DNA of 60,047 nucleotides from Perkinsus olseni (Eukaryota): NCBI GenBank assembly GCA_013115125.1, contig JABANN010000155.1, positions 1 to 60,047 of the forward strand, read 5' to 3'. Shown piece by piece: positions 24,659 to 37,776 of this stretch (position 1 is its first letter; each line of letters starts with the position of its first letter). The notes under the pieces were generated by a model. It saw only the letters and a program-made list of their open reading frames with translations, ran no database searches and was not told where the DNA came from. The position numbers and the translations under genes were made by a program.

Positions 24659-26585
24659 ATGGTTCAAGAGACTTCCACAGTACTTGCTTGGATCCAGCCC
24701 TCAATCACGTGGCCACTCCTCCTACTGCCAATCGTCAATTCGCTCGTCCTCGAGCCCTCACCTCGTCATCATCCACGAGTACTTCCCTGCAGCCACGAAA
24801 TTTCCTCGGCAAGATGTGTCAGGATACCCTCACCTGTGCCGCATCTTGAACGTACCGGTGTAAATGTCGTATCTTTCAACCTCATCAACGACAGGCCGAG
24901 CTCGGCAGAGGTGACTTTGGCGATCTTCAAGGTCTCTCGGTCCACTTCGCGTGAGGAGAGCGATCACTGGATGGGACAGGGCCAAGGTGTCGACTACCCT
25001 CTACTTCTCTCGAGTATCTTCAATAACTACTTCAACGGCCTTCCAATAGTCGATAAGTTCGAGGACGCGTGCATTGGACACTTCGGAGTCGCTGAGATCT
25101 GCTTGCAAGGATTCTCCGTCTTCCATCGGAATCGAACTATGCAGATTGAAATACCCATGCTCAACGCTGGCGAGTATCACATTGAGGTTTGGGAACAGGA
25201 AGATACCACAGCGCACAGCGAAGAATCTAGCGTGCTATTTGTAGACAAATTCAAAGGCCATGATGTCGCTCGTAAGATGGTCCCCACTCGGGCGGAGGAG
25301 GTTGCCGGGGTGGCTAATTTGGAGTTTTGGTTGGACTATTCGGACCAGGTATCCTTTTGGTGGGCTCATCACTTCGGTTTGGAGCGTCAAACTCTATCCT
25401 GGCTGGAGATGTTCGACGAAGCCTTCGAAGCCGCTCGGCCTCTGATCGACCGTGGGGGTCAAATAATAGAATTTGGGGTGGCTCACGGACGGAGTCTTGC
25501 ACGTCTGGGAGAAAACGCCCGGCGGTTGAATCGAACCGTGGTCGGCTTTGATGCCTTTCGAGGCTTGCCGGAAGCTTGGGGGCCGAAGTTCGATACCCCA
25601 GGGCTCTTCGACATGGGTGGAGTCATTCCGGCTAGGGTCTTACGAGAGGATAATATCGCAATCAAAGTTGGCCTCTTCCGAGACACGATACCACTACTCG
25701 ACTGGGGGGCGCCGGATGCCTTTGTTTCCTTCCTACATGTCGACTGTGACATCTACTCATCAGCATTACAGATTCTCACCACTGTTGGCTGCCTTTTACA
25801 AAAAGGCAGCGTTGTGGTATTCGATGAGCTATTCAACATGCAAGGTGAGTCCGGGGGGAGAGCGTCTTCTTTTTGTTAACGGGAGATCCCGAAGGACCGG
25901 GAGAATCCCCAATAGTCTCAGCAAGAGCGATCTGCACTACCTCGTTGTAGTAGGCATAGGTAGAGTGGCCTGAGGCCACTGGCCTCATAGTGAACAAGAT
26001 AGAGCAGATAGAAAGTAGAGAAGTCGAAATGATGGGAGTTGATCACGGGACGCTAGTATGAATCATACTGTATGATGAACACTAGCTTGATCATACTACG
26101 AGCAAGCTAGCGATCACACGGTTCAATTGTGTTATGTAGACAGCGCAGATCACAGCAAACAAGCTGCCACTGGCTTAGGTACCTACACTGCACGGAACAA
26201 CACTCGCACTCCCTGGTGGGAAGATGGAGAGTTCCTGGCGCTTCAGCACTCTATGCAACTACTAGGCCTCGAGTTCGAACCCTTGCCCAGTCGTTTATAT
26301 TTTGAACAGGCAGTTCCTTTGGTGGTCACCAGAGCTGCTCCCAGTGAAGTCTGTGATACTACCCGGCATGAGATGATGGGTATCCAGATTGCAGCGGAGG
26401 GCTCAGAGGCTGTCAACGCTCTGCTCAGCATTCGTCTTACAGCCGCTCATTTGATCCAAGAGTGGTCAGGTGATCCACCGGACAACCTCAAGGGCGTCTT
26501 CGACAGTGCAATCGATCGTGATACGGCAGAGGGTATGCTCAGGCGTGCGTTGCGTGATGTAGTGCCTGATAACAACTTTCAATGA
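24659..26585 (+). CDS. TylF/MycF-like (class I SAM-dependent) O-methyltransferase with an N-terminal hydrophobic segment; intron at about 25844-26178
   Basis: IIEFGVAHGRSL, VVGFDAFRGLPEAW, VGLFRDTIP, FLHVDCDIYSS and GSVVVFDELFN. The second exon has WWEDGEFLAL. Confidence 0.8.
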
Positions 26586-28884
26586 GTACCGCAATGTCTG
26601 GTTAAGTTGATCAATTATTTATCATCAATCCCTTGCACGACCCAGGCGAGGTGACGATTACTCATGAACTCACGACTGGTTGTTTGTGGTATTCTACTGT
26701 ACTCAGCAAGTGGTCGAACAGACGCGTGAGTGAGCATGAGGACCGCCAGATTGGAGTCATTACTTTTTACTCAGGTACGCGTCACAAGGAGACGATCGGC
26801 CATCAGTTGTTGGTACACTATCGACGCCGGTCGTAGAGTGGGACTTTGCTCCTATTCAGGTGTCGCTGATCCGAACAACCCGCGCGTTACCCTGGAGCAA
26901 GATGGAAGTACCCCGGCCTTTATCAACAGTATTTGGAGTATGATCTCTCCTAGATGCTTCTCCTATGGAGGTTGAACTCATCGCAAAGGAAGAGGGAGGT
27001 TCGTTTCGAATTCATCTCTGAAATTACGATTGGCTGACCTCAGCGCCAGCGGACCAGGACTCGTCGGTGCCTAGCAACGCTGAGGTCGATGGGACGAGGT
27101 GCGTTCAAGCGGACGAATCGGGTCCTCTGCGGGGCCTCTAAGGCTATGTCTTCAGATTCAGTGCTGGGAGCTTCTTCGGCTGGACCGAGAAGCGATGCCG
27201 CCTTACGGTACACTGCCTTGCATAATAATGCTCACAACGCCGTGCTCAGTGTTACGCCTCGACTAAGCAGGACGTAGAGGGCAACGTTATGAACGCCGCC
27301 ATGTGGAGTAATGATCACAACTCCTCCAGAACTTGCTGCATCTGCCTCAACTCCGGGGCAATCAATGACGATACATGTCGGGAGGATGTGAGTTCGGAGC
27401 GTACCCTCTACTCTCCTCATTTGCTCCCATTAGTGCCGATACTACCTTCCTTTCATGCAACATGACTGGCAGCGAGTAGTGTTTCTCACGACATGTCATC
27501 GGATGTGTGATGAGGTCCATTTTCTGAGGGCTGGCCTGCAGGAGCCCTAGCCCGCCCAGCGACTCCTCAGTGTCTGTCCTCAGCGCTTGTGATTCTCGTT
27601 GACAGCCTCAGTGGTCGAACTTGTTGTGTTCATAAATTACGAATCGTGGTAGCACTGGAGCTCTTATTTCATCGTGGTTGAGCTGAGCAGCCCCTGCTAA
27701 TCGCCCTTGAGCAAGCATTGTTCGACAATGGTATCAGCTCGATGTTGACCTTCCTTATGACGCACTCGCTCACTTCAACCTCGGAGATTCGATCAATGGT
27801 CTGGGCTCAAATTCAGCCTATGGACCTCGAAAGATAGGGCGCGGTCGGCGCAGGACTGCAACGGTAAGCATCCATCGGCGGCACTGTTGCTCCCACACCG
27901 GACAACAAATTCTTAGAAAATCGAGGTTTTTCAGCATTTTGTCCTTTCGTGATATTATTTTGCCACGAGGCCTCAGTGAGTATGTTTATATGCTGTACCG
28001 GATATGCCCTCCAAGTTCGAAGGCATTACTCTTCATAAGTTCGCAAAAAATTCTCAGAAAATCACGGCTTAGCACGGGCAATGAAATCGCACGTTTTAGT
28101 AGTAACTTGTAATTACATTCAGATTTGATCCGAACGGCGTACGGCACTGGAGAGAGCATCTGAGAATCAGCCTGATCTCGAGTCCTGGTTAAGATGAAGT
28201 CCTACCATGTACAGGAGGTAGGTGGGGGTGCAGCGCTTGACACTTCGGAAGACGTATGGCCAACTAGCGCCTGCGAGGTTGCCCAACCTGAACCAGGATG
28301 CCCGACTCGATACAGGATGCCCAGTGTCGAGTATCTCCGATTTACAACTCACTTGAAACCTCTGCCTACGGGGACTGGACGTCGCGACGGACCTGAAGGC
28401 AGTGAGGGTAACAAGGGACGACACCGACTGCCCTCCCAGCTGCCTTACGCCAGCAGTTCCTGCGTTTGGTTGCTCACAGCGGGTACACAGTGGATGTGGA
28501 TGTATTGTTGACCATTAGGAAGGGGCGCTCCGGTAGACTGACACCGTCATCGAAGCTCGTGAAATCTTCAAAGTAATTTGGACCAAATTTAGTACTCAAG
28601 CAGCTCCACCCCAGGCTGCGCAGTGGAAGAGCGGCTCTACAAGTTGTGTCATGGGGAGAGAGTCCTACATGTCGAACACAAGAGACGTTTAGAGGCGTAA
28701 GGAAGCTGAGATTGTTTTTCGATCAACCTGATGGCTTTTCCATCGGTTTAAGATCATGAAATAAGATGAAAAAATTGGGCGGTTAACGAAGCAGGATCTG
28801 GTGATAGGATCTGGATACACGCATGAAAGAGCTGAACCAGCTGAACCAATGAGGAGACTTTGTTCCACGAGGGAATAAAAATGT

Positions 28885-30292
28885 CTAAAACCGATAGCTA
28901 TGATCTCTCCCTGCTTGATATCTTGTCACGGGGATTCCCATGGCTCCGAGGCCCGATGGAGCTACAGTACTTCCCTGAAGGAACACCGTTCGTAAGATGA
29001 GGCTTCGTGAAGGAGAGTTACTTGATGTCCAACCACCCACCCCAATCAGAATCTCCGGGGACTTCAATTGGGTTGCGAACATTGCTGAATGAAATATGGA
29101 CCTGCGCAGTCGGTAGCATCCACACTTCATGCCCGTTCCTGTATCTGAGAGAATGTTCTGGTATTCTACGTCTGCAACACAGAGCCCCTCACCCTCCATG
29201 ATTGGATGTTATCACAATAAGAGTCTCGAAAGCGTCCGATCTCCTCAATACCGCATCTCAGATCTCTCCTATTATTCCGTCGATACGCTTTAGTGCTTGG
29301 TAGTATCTGGGTGATGACTCAGCTGAGGCCTGATGGCTGTTGGTGATTGGAATGGTCAGGCTTACTCATCCGAGCCGTAGTAAGTCGCACGACCGGCGAT
29401 GGCAAGCTGAGAAGAGATCGATTTATCAAAGAGATTGTGTAATCGAGCAAACAATGACCCACCCCAGAAAGCTGAATGAACGATAGATGAGGGAAGTCGT
29501 TGGACTCCAGTAAAGCGATGAGTGATCTCGAGATTGTCTCATCGTCGGCAGTGCCTGGAGCGATCACCGAGAAGGTGATCATCCTTCGAGAGCGGGAGCA
29601 AATGAGGTATTACCTACGACGTCTTGAGCGTCCTCCCCGAGTTCACCTGAGAGCACAAGAACGGAGCGAGCTTTCGGCTGGGAAATGTATTACTCAACAC
29701 CGGCGAACTGACAAAATATGCCGTCCTGATGTCTTCGTCGAACTCCTTCGCTATGCTGAATATCGTAGGTAGCGGTCTTTTCTCTGAGATTATCATGTCT
29801 CGGAATCATACGGTTTCCGATATCACTTCGGCCGCTGATTGGAGGGGTTCCTGTATCAGTGAGAAAGGCTGGGTTGAGATAATAACGGTACCAATCATCA
29901 TTCACGATGCCCGTCTCCGCTGGCGTCATACCTGAGAGTCTGAGGCTGTTGCTAGAACAGTGTGGCTGAACTCCAACCAGTCAGAGTAGATGCCCAGGTA
30001 GGTAAGGTCGAAGGAGGATACACCGTACGAGCGAGATGGTTGAAGCAAGATCGGTCAGAGTTGAGCATCTCCCTGAAAGGCTTCATCAGAGGTCCGAATT
30101 TCTCTCGAATGTGTACCATAGGTGAGGTGCTTGGTCATCGCTAGCGTTCGTGAAATAGTTCCCACCGAGACCATCAACCCCAATGATGATGGCCTGTGTA
30201 TATTTGGCATTGGGCCACCTGTCTGCCCTCATACCATTCACCGTGACAAGAGCCATGAGCTGTGATAGAGTGAGAAGGTGAGTGGCTGGCAT
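28885..30292 (-). CDS. Secreted alkaline-phosphatase-superfamily protein, copy 4 (divergent metal ligands)
   Basis: MPATHLLTLSQLMALV, IIIGVDGLGG, YPPSTLPTWASTLTG, QLSG|LAIAGR, SNHGG. Confidence 0.8.
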
Positions 30293-30669
30293 GACGCCAA
30301 GATAAAGATACTTATGAAACACCTGAGAAGTGACCAAAGCAATTCACACATTCTCTGCTCCTTTGGGAGGCAGTTCTTGCGAGGAAACCCATTCTTCTGG
30401 AGAGGCGCGCCAAGGATCCTCCTCCCGAGTCGATTTTCTGACGCATGCACACGTTAGCTACCCGGGCGTAATCCTTTGCTCTCCGGCGCTCGCCTCAGAG
30501 TGTCTACCTCGGCAAGGAGTGAGACGGTGACGACAACATGATTGGTCTTACCGAGTTGATCAGCAACCATAAAGGCTATCTGGTGCCGGCCGGATGCAGA
30601 CACCGTCATAGAAAGGGGAGGCAGAGCGCAGATACTGCCGCAACACCTTGTCGATTCTTTCCTGGCCTG

Positions 30670-30738
30670 CGGTGTCACCACGTCAGTGACACGAGGGTGA
30701 CGTTACGTCACCCTCGTGTCACTGACATGATGACACCG
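30670..30738. repeat. Long inverted repeat / hairpin
   Basis: Perfect 21-bp stem gtcagtgacacgagggtgacg / cgtcaccctcgtgtcactgac around a 3-nt loop, extendable to 33 bp with two mismatches. Confidence 0.95.
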
Positions 30739-30926
30739 GTGCTGGTGTGCGTGCTGTCAAGCAGCTCGTAGGGTTCCTGAATCGCGATGCGGATCAGATT
30801 CGAGTCGTTGACCATCGTCAAGCGCCGCATGGGCACCACACACTGTTGGGAGTGACGAGTGAAATATTCGTGAAGGCTGGCAGTGCCGCATGTGACAAGG
30901 AGCTCAGTCCGAGTCACCCGTGATCG

Positions 30927-32090
30927 TCCTCACCTCGTCATCATCCACGAGTACTTCCCTGCAGCCACGAAATTTCCTCGGCTAGATGTGTCAGGATACC
31001 CTCACCTCAGGTGAGTCACCTGTGCCGCAGCTTGAACGTACCGGTGGAAATGTGGTATCTTTTAACCTCATCAACGACAGGTCGAGCTCGGCAGAGGTGA
31101 CTTTGGCAATCTTCAAGGTCTCTCGGTCCACTTCGCGTGAGGAGAGCGATCACTGGATGGGACAGGGCCAAGGTGTCGACTACCCTCTACTTCTCTCGAG
31201 TATCTTCAATAACTACTTCAACGGCCTTCCAATAGTCGATAAGTTCGAGGACGCGTGCATTGGACACTTCGGAGTCGCTGAGATCTGCTTGCAAGGATTC
31301 TCCGTCTTCCATCGGAATCGAACTATGCAGATTGAAATACCCATACTCAACGCTGGCGAGTATCACATAGAGGTTTGGGAACAGGAAGATACCACAGCGC
31401 ACAGCGAAGAATCTAGCCTGCTATTTGTAGACGAATTCAAAGGTCATGATGTCGGTCGTGGTTGAGCTGAGCAGCCCCTGCTAATCGCCCTTGAGCAAGC
31501 ATTGTTCGACAATAATATCAGCTCGATGTTGACCTTCCGAACGACGGACTCGCTCACTTCAACCTCGAAGAGTCGATCAATGGTCTAAGCTCAAATTCAG
31601 CTTATGGATTTCGAAAGTTAGGGCGCGGTCGGCGCAGGACTACAATGGTGACTCACCATCGGTGAGCATCCGTCGGCGGCACTGTTGCTGCTACACCAGA
31701 CAACAAATTCTTAGAAAATCGGGTTTTTTGGCGTTTTGTAATTTCGGGATATTATTTTGCCACGAGGCCTAGCGAGTATGTTTATATGCTGTACCGGATA
31801 TGCCCTCCAAGTTCGGAGGCAATACTCATGGCTGGGGAGAAATCGAAAATCCTTCGAAGTCTTAGTTGTCAAGTTCAATAGACATTCAGATTTTGTCCAA
31901 ACGGCGTACGGCAGTGTAGAGAGCACCTGATAATTAGCCTGATCCAGGATCCTGCTTAAGATGAAGTCCGACCATGTACAGGAGGTGGGCGTGTAGGGCC
32001 TACACTGTAGGCGGTAAGTGGGGGTGCGGCGCTTGACTCTTTCGGAAGATCAGGGCGCCGAAAATTGGCCGTATGGGCGACTAGCGCGTG
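30927..32090 (+). pseudogene. Truncated duplicate of the methyltransferase 5' part fused to a copy of its downstream spacer
   Basis: 30927-31456 is nearly identical to 24758-25270, and about 31457-32090 resembles about 27672-28270. The catalytic domain is missing. Confidence 0.85.
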
Positions 32091-32933
32091 CGAGACTGCT
32101 CAAACTGAGCCCGGGTGCTCGACCCTGGGTCGACGACCCATTACAGGGTTCTCGGCGTTCAGTAGCTCTGATTCATAATCCACTGCATAATTTTCAACGA
32201 AGCGTTTCGTTTATTGCATTTTATAGACGACTGGGTTGGGTCAGCTAACTCACCGGCCTAGAAACACTCGGAACCATGTTGAACGCAATGCTCCGCGGAG
32301 TAGGCCAGAATATTGATGCTGAGAGAGACTGACGGGAATGTGATGATGATTCACGAAAGAATGCCACCTGAGGCTGATGTGGCCATGGATCAAACGGTGC
32401 TCCTCCCAACAGCATGAGCTATGCTCTTCTCTTCGATATTTTGAAAATATTATTTTCTCATAGACATTCCGACTGGAATTCTTGGAGCCAGGCAAACTGA
32501 TACGGCCTCCGGTACGATTATGAATTGATAATTCGATTAAGAATGTACTGTTTGATGGTCAGGGGAACAGAATCTATTCAATAGACAATCAATCGAGATG
32601 ATACCGTTATCCAAGCTCGTCGGCTCGCCAGAATGTACTGCAAACCAGTCTCGCATTCAGTTGAATCCTCGCTGTAAAAACGAGCTCCCTATTGACAAAC
32701 GCTGCGTCTGAAACGCAAGATACATGCTCTCAAAGGCTCGGAGCAAACCGAGATTGTTGCTTGTTGTTTGAACTAATCCTTTTCAGTAGTTGTAGTTTCA
32801 ACTTATGAACCGTGAAATACGGTCGACTCCGTCTAATGGAGTATCGGACGAGAAGCGAAATAGAATCGGGTTACTGCAACAAAAGCCGAATCATCACCCG
32901 TGAGGAGAGGTTGTCCCTTGAGGGAGCGTCCCT

Positions 32934-34372
32934 CTAAAATCGATAACTATGATCCCTTCCTCTCTGAAATCTACTCACTGGCACCCCCAAAGCACCAAGG
33001 ACTGATGGGACCACTTCCCTGAGAAATCATCGGGGACAAGATGATGGTGCTCTGAGAGGACTCACTTGATGTCCAACCATCCACCCCATCCTTTATTCCC
33101 CGGGACATTGATTGGGTGGCGAGGATTGGCGAACACAATGGGGACCTGCGCAGTCGGGCGCATCCACTCTTCATGGCTATTCCCGTATCTGAGAGAATAT
33201 TCTTCAACGCTAGTCAGCACGGCAGACCAGCAATGAGCTGCTCACCCTCCATGATTGGATGTTAACACGATAAGGGTCTCGAAACCATCCGATCTTCGCA
33301 ATACCGCATCTTGGATCTCTCCTAACATTCCGTCGATACGTGCGAGTGCTTCGTAGTATCTGAATGATCGTGTAGCAGACGCCCGAAGGCTGTAGGTGAT
33401 TGAACTGGTCGAGCTTACTGATCGGAACCATGAAAGGTGGAGCGACCAGCGTGTTCAACCTGAGAAGAGATCAAGTTCTCAGAGGGATCATTATGGCTGA
33501 TTGATGGATGAGCCCACCCCGGATAGCTGTACGAACGATAGATGGGGGAATTTGTCGGACTGGAGGAGCTCGATGAACTTCTTCACAGTCTTGTCATCGT
33601 CATCGATGCCTGAAGTGATAGGACCAATGATCAAGTCTTTCTCCAGCACCAAGCGAGTTGCTACCAACGAACTGACGGAAAGAAGCGTGATCGACGCTCT
33701 CGTCTATAAGTTCACCTGATGACAAGAAGAGTGGGGCGTTCTGTTTAAAGCGAGACATGACGTAAAGAAGGCCGGCTGGAATAAAATGCTGTCCTGATAT
33801 TTTCGTCCCATCGCTTCGCTAGGGTGAATAGTGTCGGGGGGAACTCATCTGAAGCACTCGCCCTCGCATCGACCATCATGAGCTGCCATCTCACTTCGTC
33901 CGCTGATTGGCGGGACGCTTTGATCAGTAAGACTGATGGGGTTGAGAGCATTACGATCCCAATCGTCACTCACGATACCGGTCTCTGATGGGGCCATGCC
34001 TGAGAATCGAAGGCTGCCTGTCAACCAGCGGAAGTAAGCTTTCACCAGTCAGAGTAGATGCCCAGGTAGCAGCGCTCGAAGGAGGATACTCCGTACGAGC
34101 GAGTAAGCGAACGCAGCTACGGTCAGAGCCGAGGATCTCTCTGAAAGGCTTCATCAGAGACCCAAGAATGGCTCAGTTACAACTGTGTACGCTAGGGTAG
34201 GTAGGTCGGATGTAGAAGTGTTCCTCAAATAGACTCCACCCAAGCCCTCGACACCAATGATGATTGCTTGCTTATACTTGGCATTGGGCCATGTTCCAAC
34301 CGGCTGAGCTGTCGTACTGTTCATCATACAGAAGGCGATGAGCTGTGATAGAGGGCGGAGCATGGCTGGCAT
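32934..34372 (-). CDS. Secreted alkaline-phosphatase-superfamily protein, copy 5 (divergent metal ligands)
   Basis: MPAMLRPLSQLIAFCMM, IIIGVEGLGG, YPPSSAATWASTLTG, VEHAGR, SNHGG. Confidence 0.8.
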
Positions 34373-36397
34373 GATGAGAAGTGGAATCTACTGATGTGGA
34401 GCCTGGACGCTAATGTGCAACCCGACACAGTGTCGGCGACTTTTGTATTCGATGCGAGGCAAAGATAGTCTGATCTCTCCAGTTGGGCCTGTTTTACGCT
34501 ACAGCATAATCGATCGCGTCACCTTGTGCGGGCCGGCTCGCACGTATGAACTTGTGCATCATCTTTGCGCACCAATCACGACGACCGACCGGTATTAATG
34601 TTGTAGTAGTTCGTCAATATGTAGCCCCACTAGGACGAACACCACGACTGATGGGTGGTAAGAAAGCTTCTTATTGTATTATCCGCTATAGCGTAACAGA
34701 CTAGCTATGCAAGTAAAGAGTAAGAACAACGCATCTATCAATACTCAACTATTACTTGCCATAGTGACAACAATAACACTAATATCTTCTTCTATAACAA
34801 TTAACACCCTTCCCAGGCGACCCAGCATGAAAGACGGGTTACCATATAGGACATACAGGATAAAACATGTCGATCACACCGTCTAATGCCCTCAAAACGG
34901 ACATTTATAGAGAAAGTTTCAGGAGACAATGATGCAGACACCGGGGTGACACCGTGCGGCGGTGCTAGCGAATGGGACATCTGGGGCCCGATCTCTCATG
35001 ATTGCAGATCATGCACTTTCATTTTTGGTGCCACCGTGCATCGTGAGGCACCTTGCACCAATCCGTAAGGTGCTCCGTGAGGAGCCTCTCTTGGGAAATA
35101 GGCCCCAGTGCTTGAGTCGGTTTGGGTCATTCAGATTCGGGGGAGATTGCTGAGTCCTTACGGAGACGCGTGGTCACGCCGTAGGGTACCCTGCTAGTTT
35201 TTTTCAGCGGATAAACGGGTAGTTCATCTAGGTAAAAACCGGCGCGGAGAGATGTCGTTCATATTGCGCGCACGGCGGGGCACTTAGTGTCCCGACTGTG
35301 CCTCCCACACTAGCAAGCCAGTGCCTTGCCTGTCGGTTCGAGTTATCAGGTGCTGGATAACGGTTTGAGTAGTCGGGCGTCGTCCTCCCGACGCTCTCAT
35401 TTTTTAACCAAGGTTTTCGAGAGGCAACATGTGCCTGCCAAACCGCGATTGTCGCTTGCAGCATCGCCTTCGACCTTGGCACAGTTTGCATTCGCGTTAC
35501 CCTCACTGCCGTCTCGAGGTCCTGCCGACCTTACCGATGCTAGCGCGGTCCCGCGCCTTGCTCCATCTCAGAGACCAGAGGTTTTTTTGGACCTCATCCG
35601 CAGTCGTAGGCGTTGCGCTGGTTAGCACATGAGTAAGTGAATGATACACATCGTGTGTCGAGGGAAAAGGGAGTCCGCTGCAAGAGACAGCTATGTGCTT
35701 GCGTGCAGGAGAGCAACATAGATTTTCTGTGCCGTTTCTACAACGCGCCGAGCTGAGCCTGCGACTCCCTTTGCGGTTGAGTCTCGCCTACTCTGCCTCC
35801 GTCACTCCTTGCGCCTCGCCCAGGGGTCGTGCCTTGCAGAATTCCCCGCACTCGTGATTTGCCAGTGGCACGCTGTCACGTTCACGCGCCTTTCTGGCTT
35901 GACTCTCTCTCGTGCGCGCTCCGTGCTCCTCTCCCTGGCCCCTCCGCCTGTACTGGGCTTGAGTAACTCGAGGCTGGGACCGCCGTACCTCCTGCTACGG
36001 CTCTCTGTGACTCGCCCGAACACAACAATGGATAAGCCCTCCGTAGACTCGGTGTTGGCTCAATACTCGTGGTAGTTTCTGTTATGGCTTAGCCGATTCA
36101 CCAGGCCGGTAATACGAGCGTTGAGACATTCGGAACCCTGCTGAACACAGCTTGCCCCGAAGTAGACCAGAATATATCAATGCTGGGAGAAACTTTGTCA
36201 ATAATTAAGAAAGTTCCTCCCAGCATTAATAAATTCTTTCTCCGAGAAAGACTGTGAGTAATGCGGAGACGATTCGTGAAAAGTTGATATCAAGAAGAGT
36301 ACCACCTGAAGGTGATGTGGCCGTTGAGAAGACGGTGCTCCTTGCAACCACATGAGCTATTTTCTTCTCGATACTTTCGCATATGCATAACCATTTA

Positions 36398-36518
36398 GGA
36401 TACTCCGTACAAGCGAGAAAGTTAAGACAGGTACGGTCAAAGGAGATCATCTTTCTGAAAGGTTTCATCAGGGGTCCAATAATAGCCTAATAACAACTGT
36501 GTACCCTAGGGTAGGTAT
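36398..36518 (-). pseudogene. Relic fragment of the phosphatase family (end of exon 1, intron, start of exon 2)
   Basis: REMxSxDRxCxxxLAxTEYP-like exon plus intron, similar to 34084-34205 of copy 5. No flanking exons found. Confidence 0.65.
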
Positions 36519-37776
36519 TTCGAATTTCGAGTAATTAAAAAGTGAAGTGAAGTAGAAAGTGAAGCGCAACTACGCTGAGAACTCAATCAGGAAGGCGAAT
36601 ACAGATAAGAGCAGGTACTTGCCCGATAACGATCTATTTTGCCTCGGGAGACACTCAAATGGTCAGTTTTCTTCCCATCGAACTTCCAAAACATGTAGAA
36701 GTCAGCCGAGCTAAGAGCCTAAGCCTCAACCACAGGTGCTCGCTTGAGAGCGTCTGCGACTGAGTGCTTGGTCTGACGGAGAGGATCATCAGTATCCGGG
36801 CTTCGCGGCGACCCCTTCGCAGCAGCTGCGAAGTAGCTCGTGGCGAAGCTTCTCCTTTCAAGCCGTAGGGAAGCTTCTCCCTGCAAGCCGCGCGCCATCG
36901 TTGGTATCGTAGAGCCGCATTAGCACGGAGAACTTTCCAAATCTCAGGTGCGCGGCGCTGTGCATCGCTCCGGGATCCCACCAGGTGGGACCCACCTCTA
37001 AGGAATCAGGCGGGTGAGCATCATTAAAGCGCATTTGCGGCCACTCATATGCCTGTGACCAAGGCAGCCGGTCATCATCTCTATGAGCCCTCTGGTAAGG
37101 TAATATCTCGATCTGCGAGGTACTCGGGTATCACAAACTGACCTCCCACGGTGGGAGGTCAGTTTGTGGGACCTCCCAGGGTGTGGGAGTCCCACCCGCA
37201 GTTGAACTCGGCCGGATTCATTCTGTCAGAAAATCAGCCATCCCTTAGCCCCCGCTCCGTAACGCGAACGTACGAAGTTGAGGAAAGTGGAGTCTTGCCC
37301 AATCACAGCTGTTATACAAGCATTGCTTCATAAAATTACGCTAGATCCGAGAGCCCCCGCAGGGAGCCGTGTCTCACGCTGACGAGGGGTCGAGCATTCT
37401 CCTTGTTTGCAGATCGATGGGAATTGACAATAAACTGCACACTCACCACACTCGGAAGGATACTTCTCTCTAGTTAAGAAATGTCTTGGTAATCTCATAG
37501 AGTCGTACGGCCAGTGCTCATCGTGCCAGTCCTGATATCATTCAACCTCCTCCTAGTCAAATCGTCCGGGAGGAAGGTAGAGAGGGCAAGTTACCCTGGG
37601 TTACCCAGGCTAGGTAGCTCGAAGAAGCAGGCTAAGATTGATAATAACCCACCGTCCAATACGGAAAGATGGCGGGTGGGTGATTCAATGAGAAATCTAC
37701 AATAACCATCGAGGTGGCCGATCCATTGCCCTTGAATGATTGAAAGGGATAATTCATCAACGAGAATAAGTCTTCG

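Noticed and set aside
36560-37400. Possible retrotransposon remnant
   Set aside because: Frames are broken and no RT, RNase H, integrase or gag motif is recognisable.
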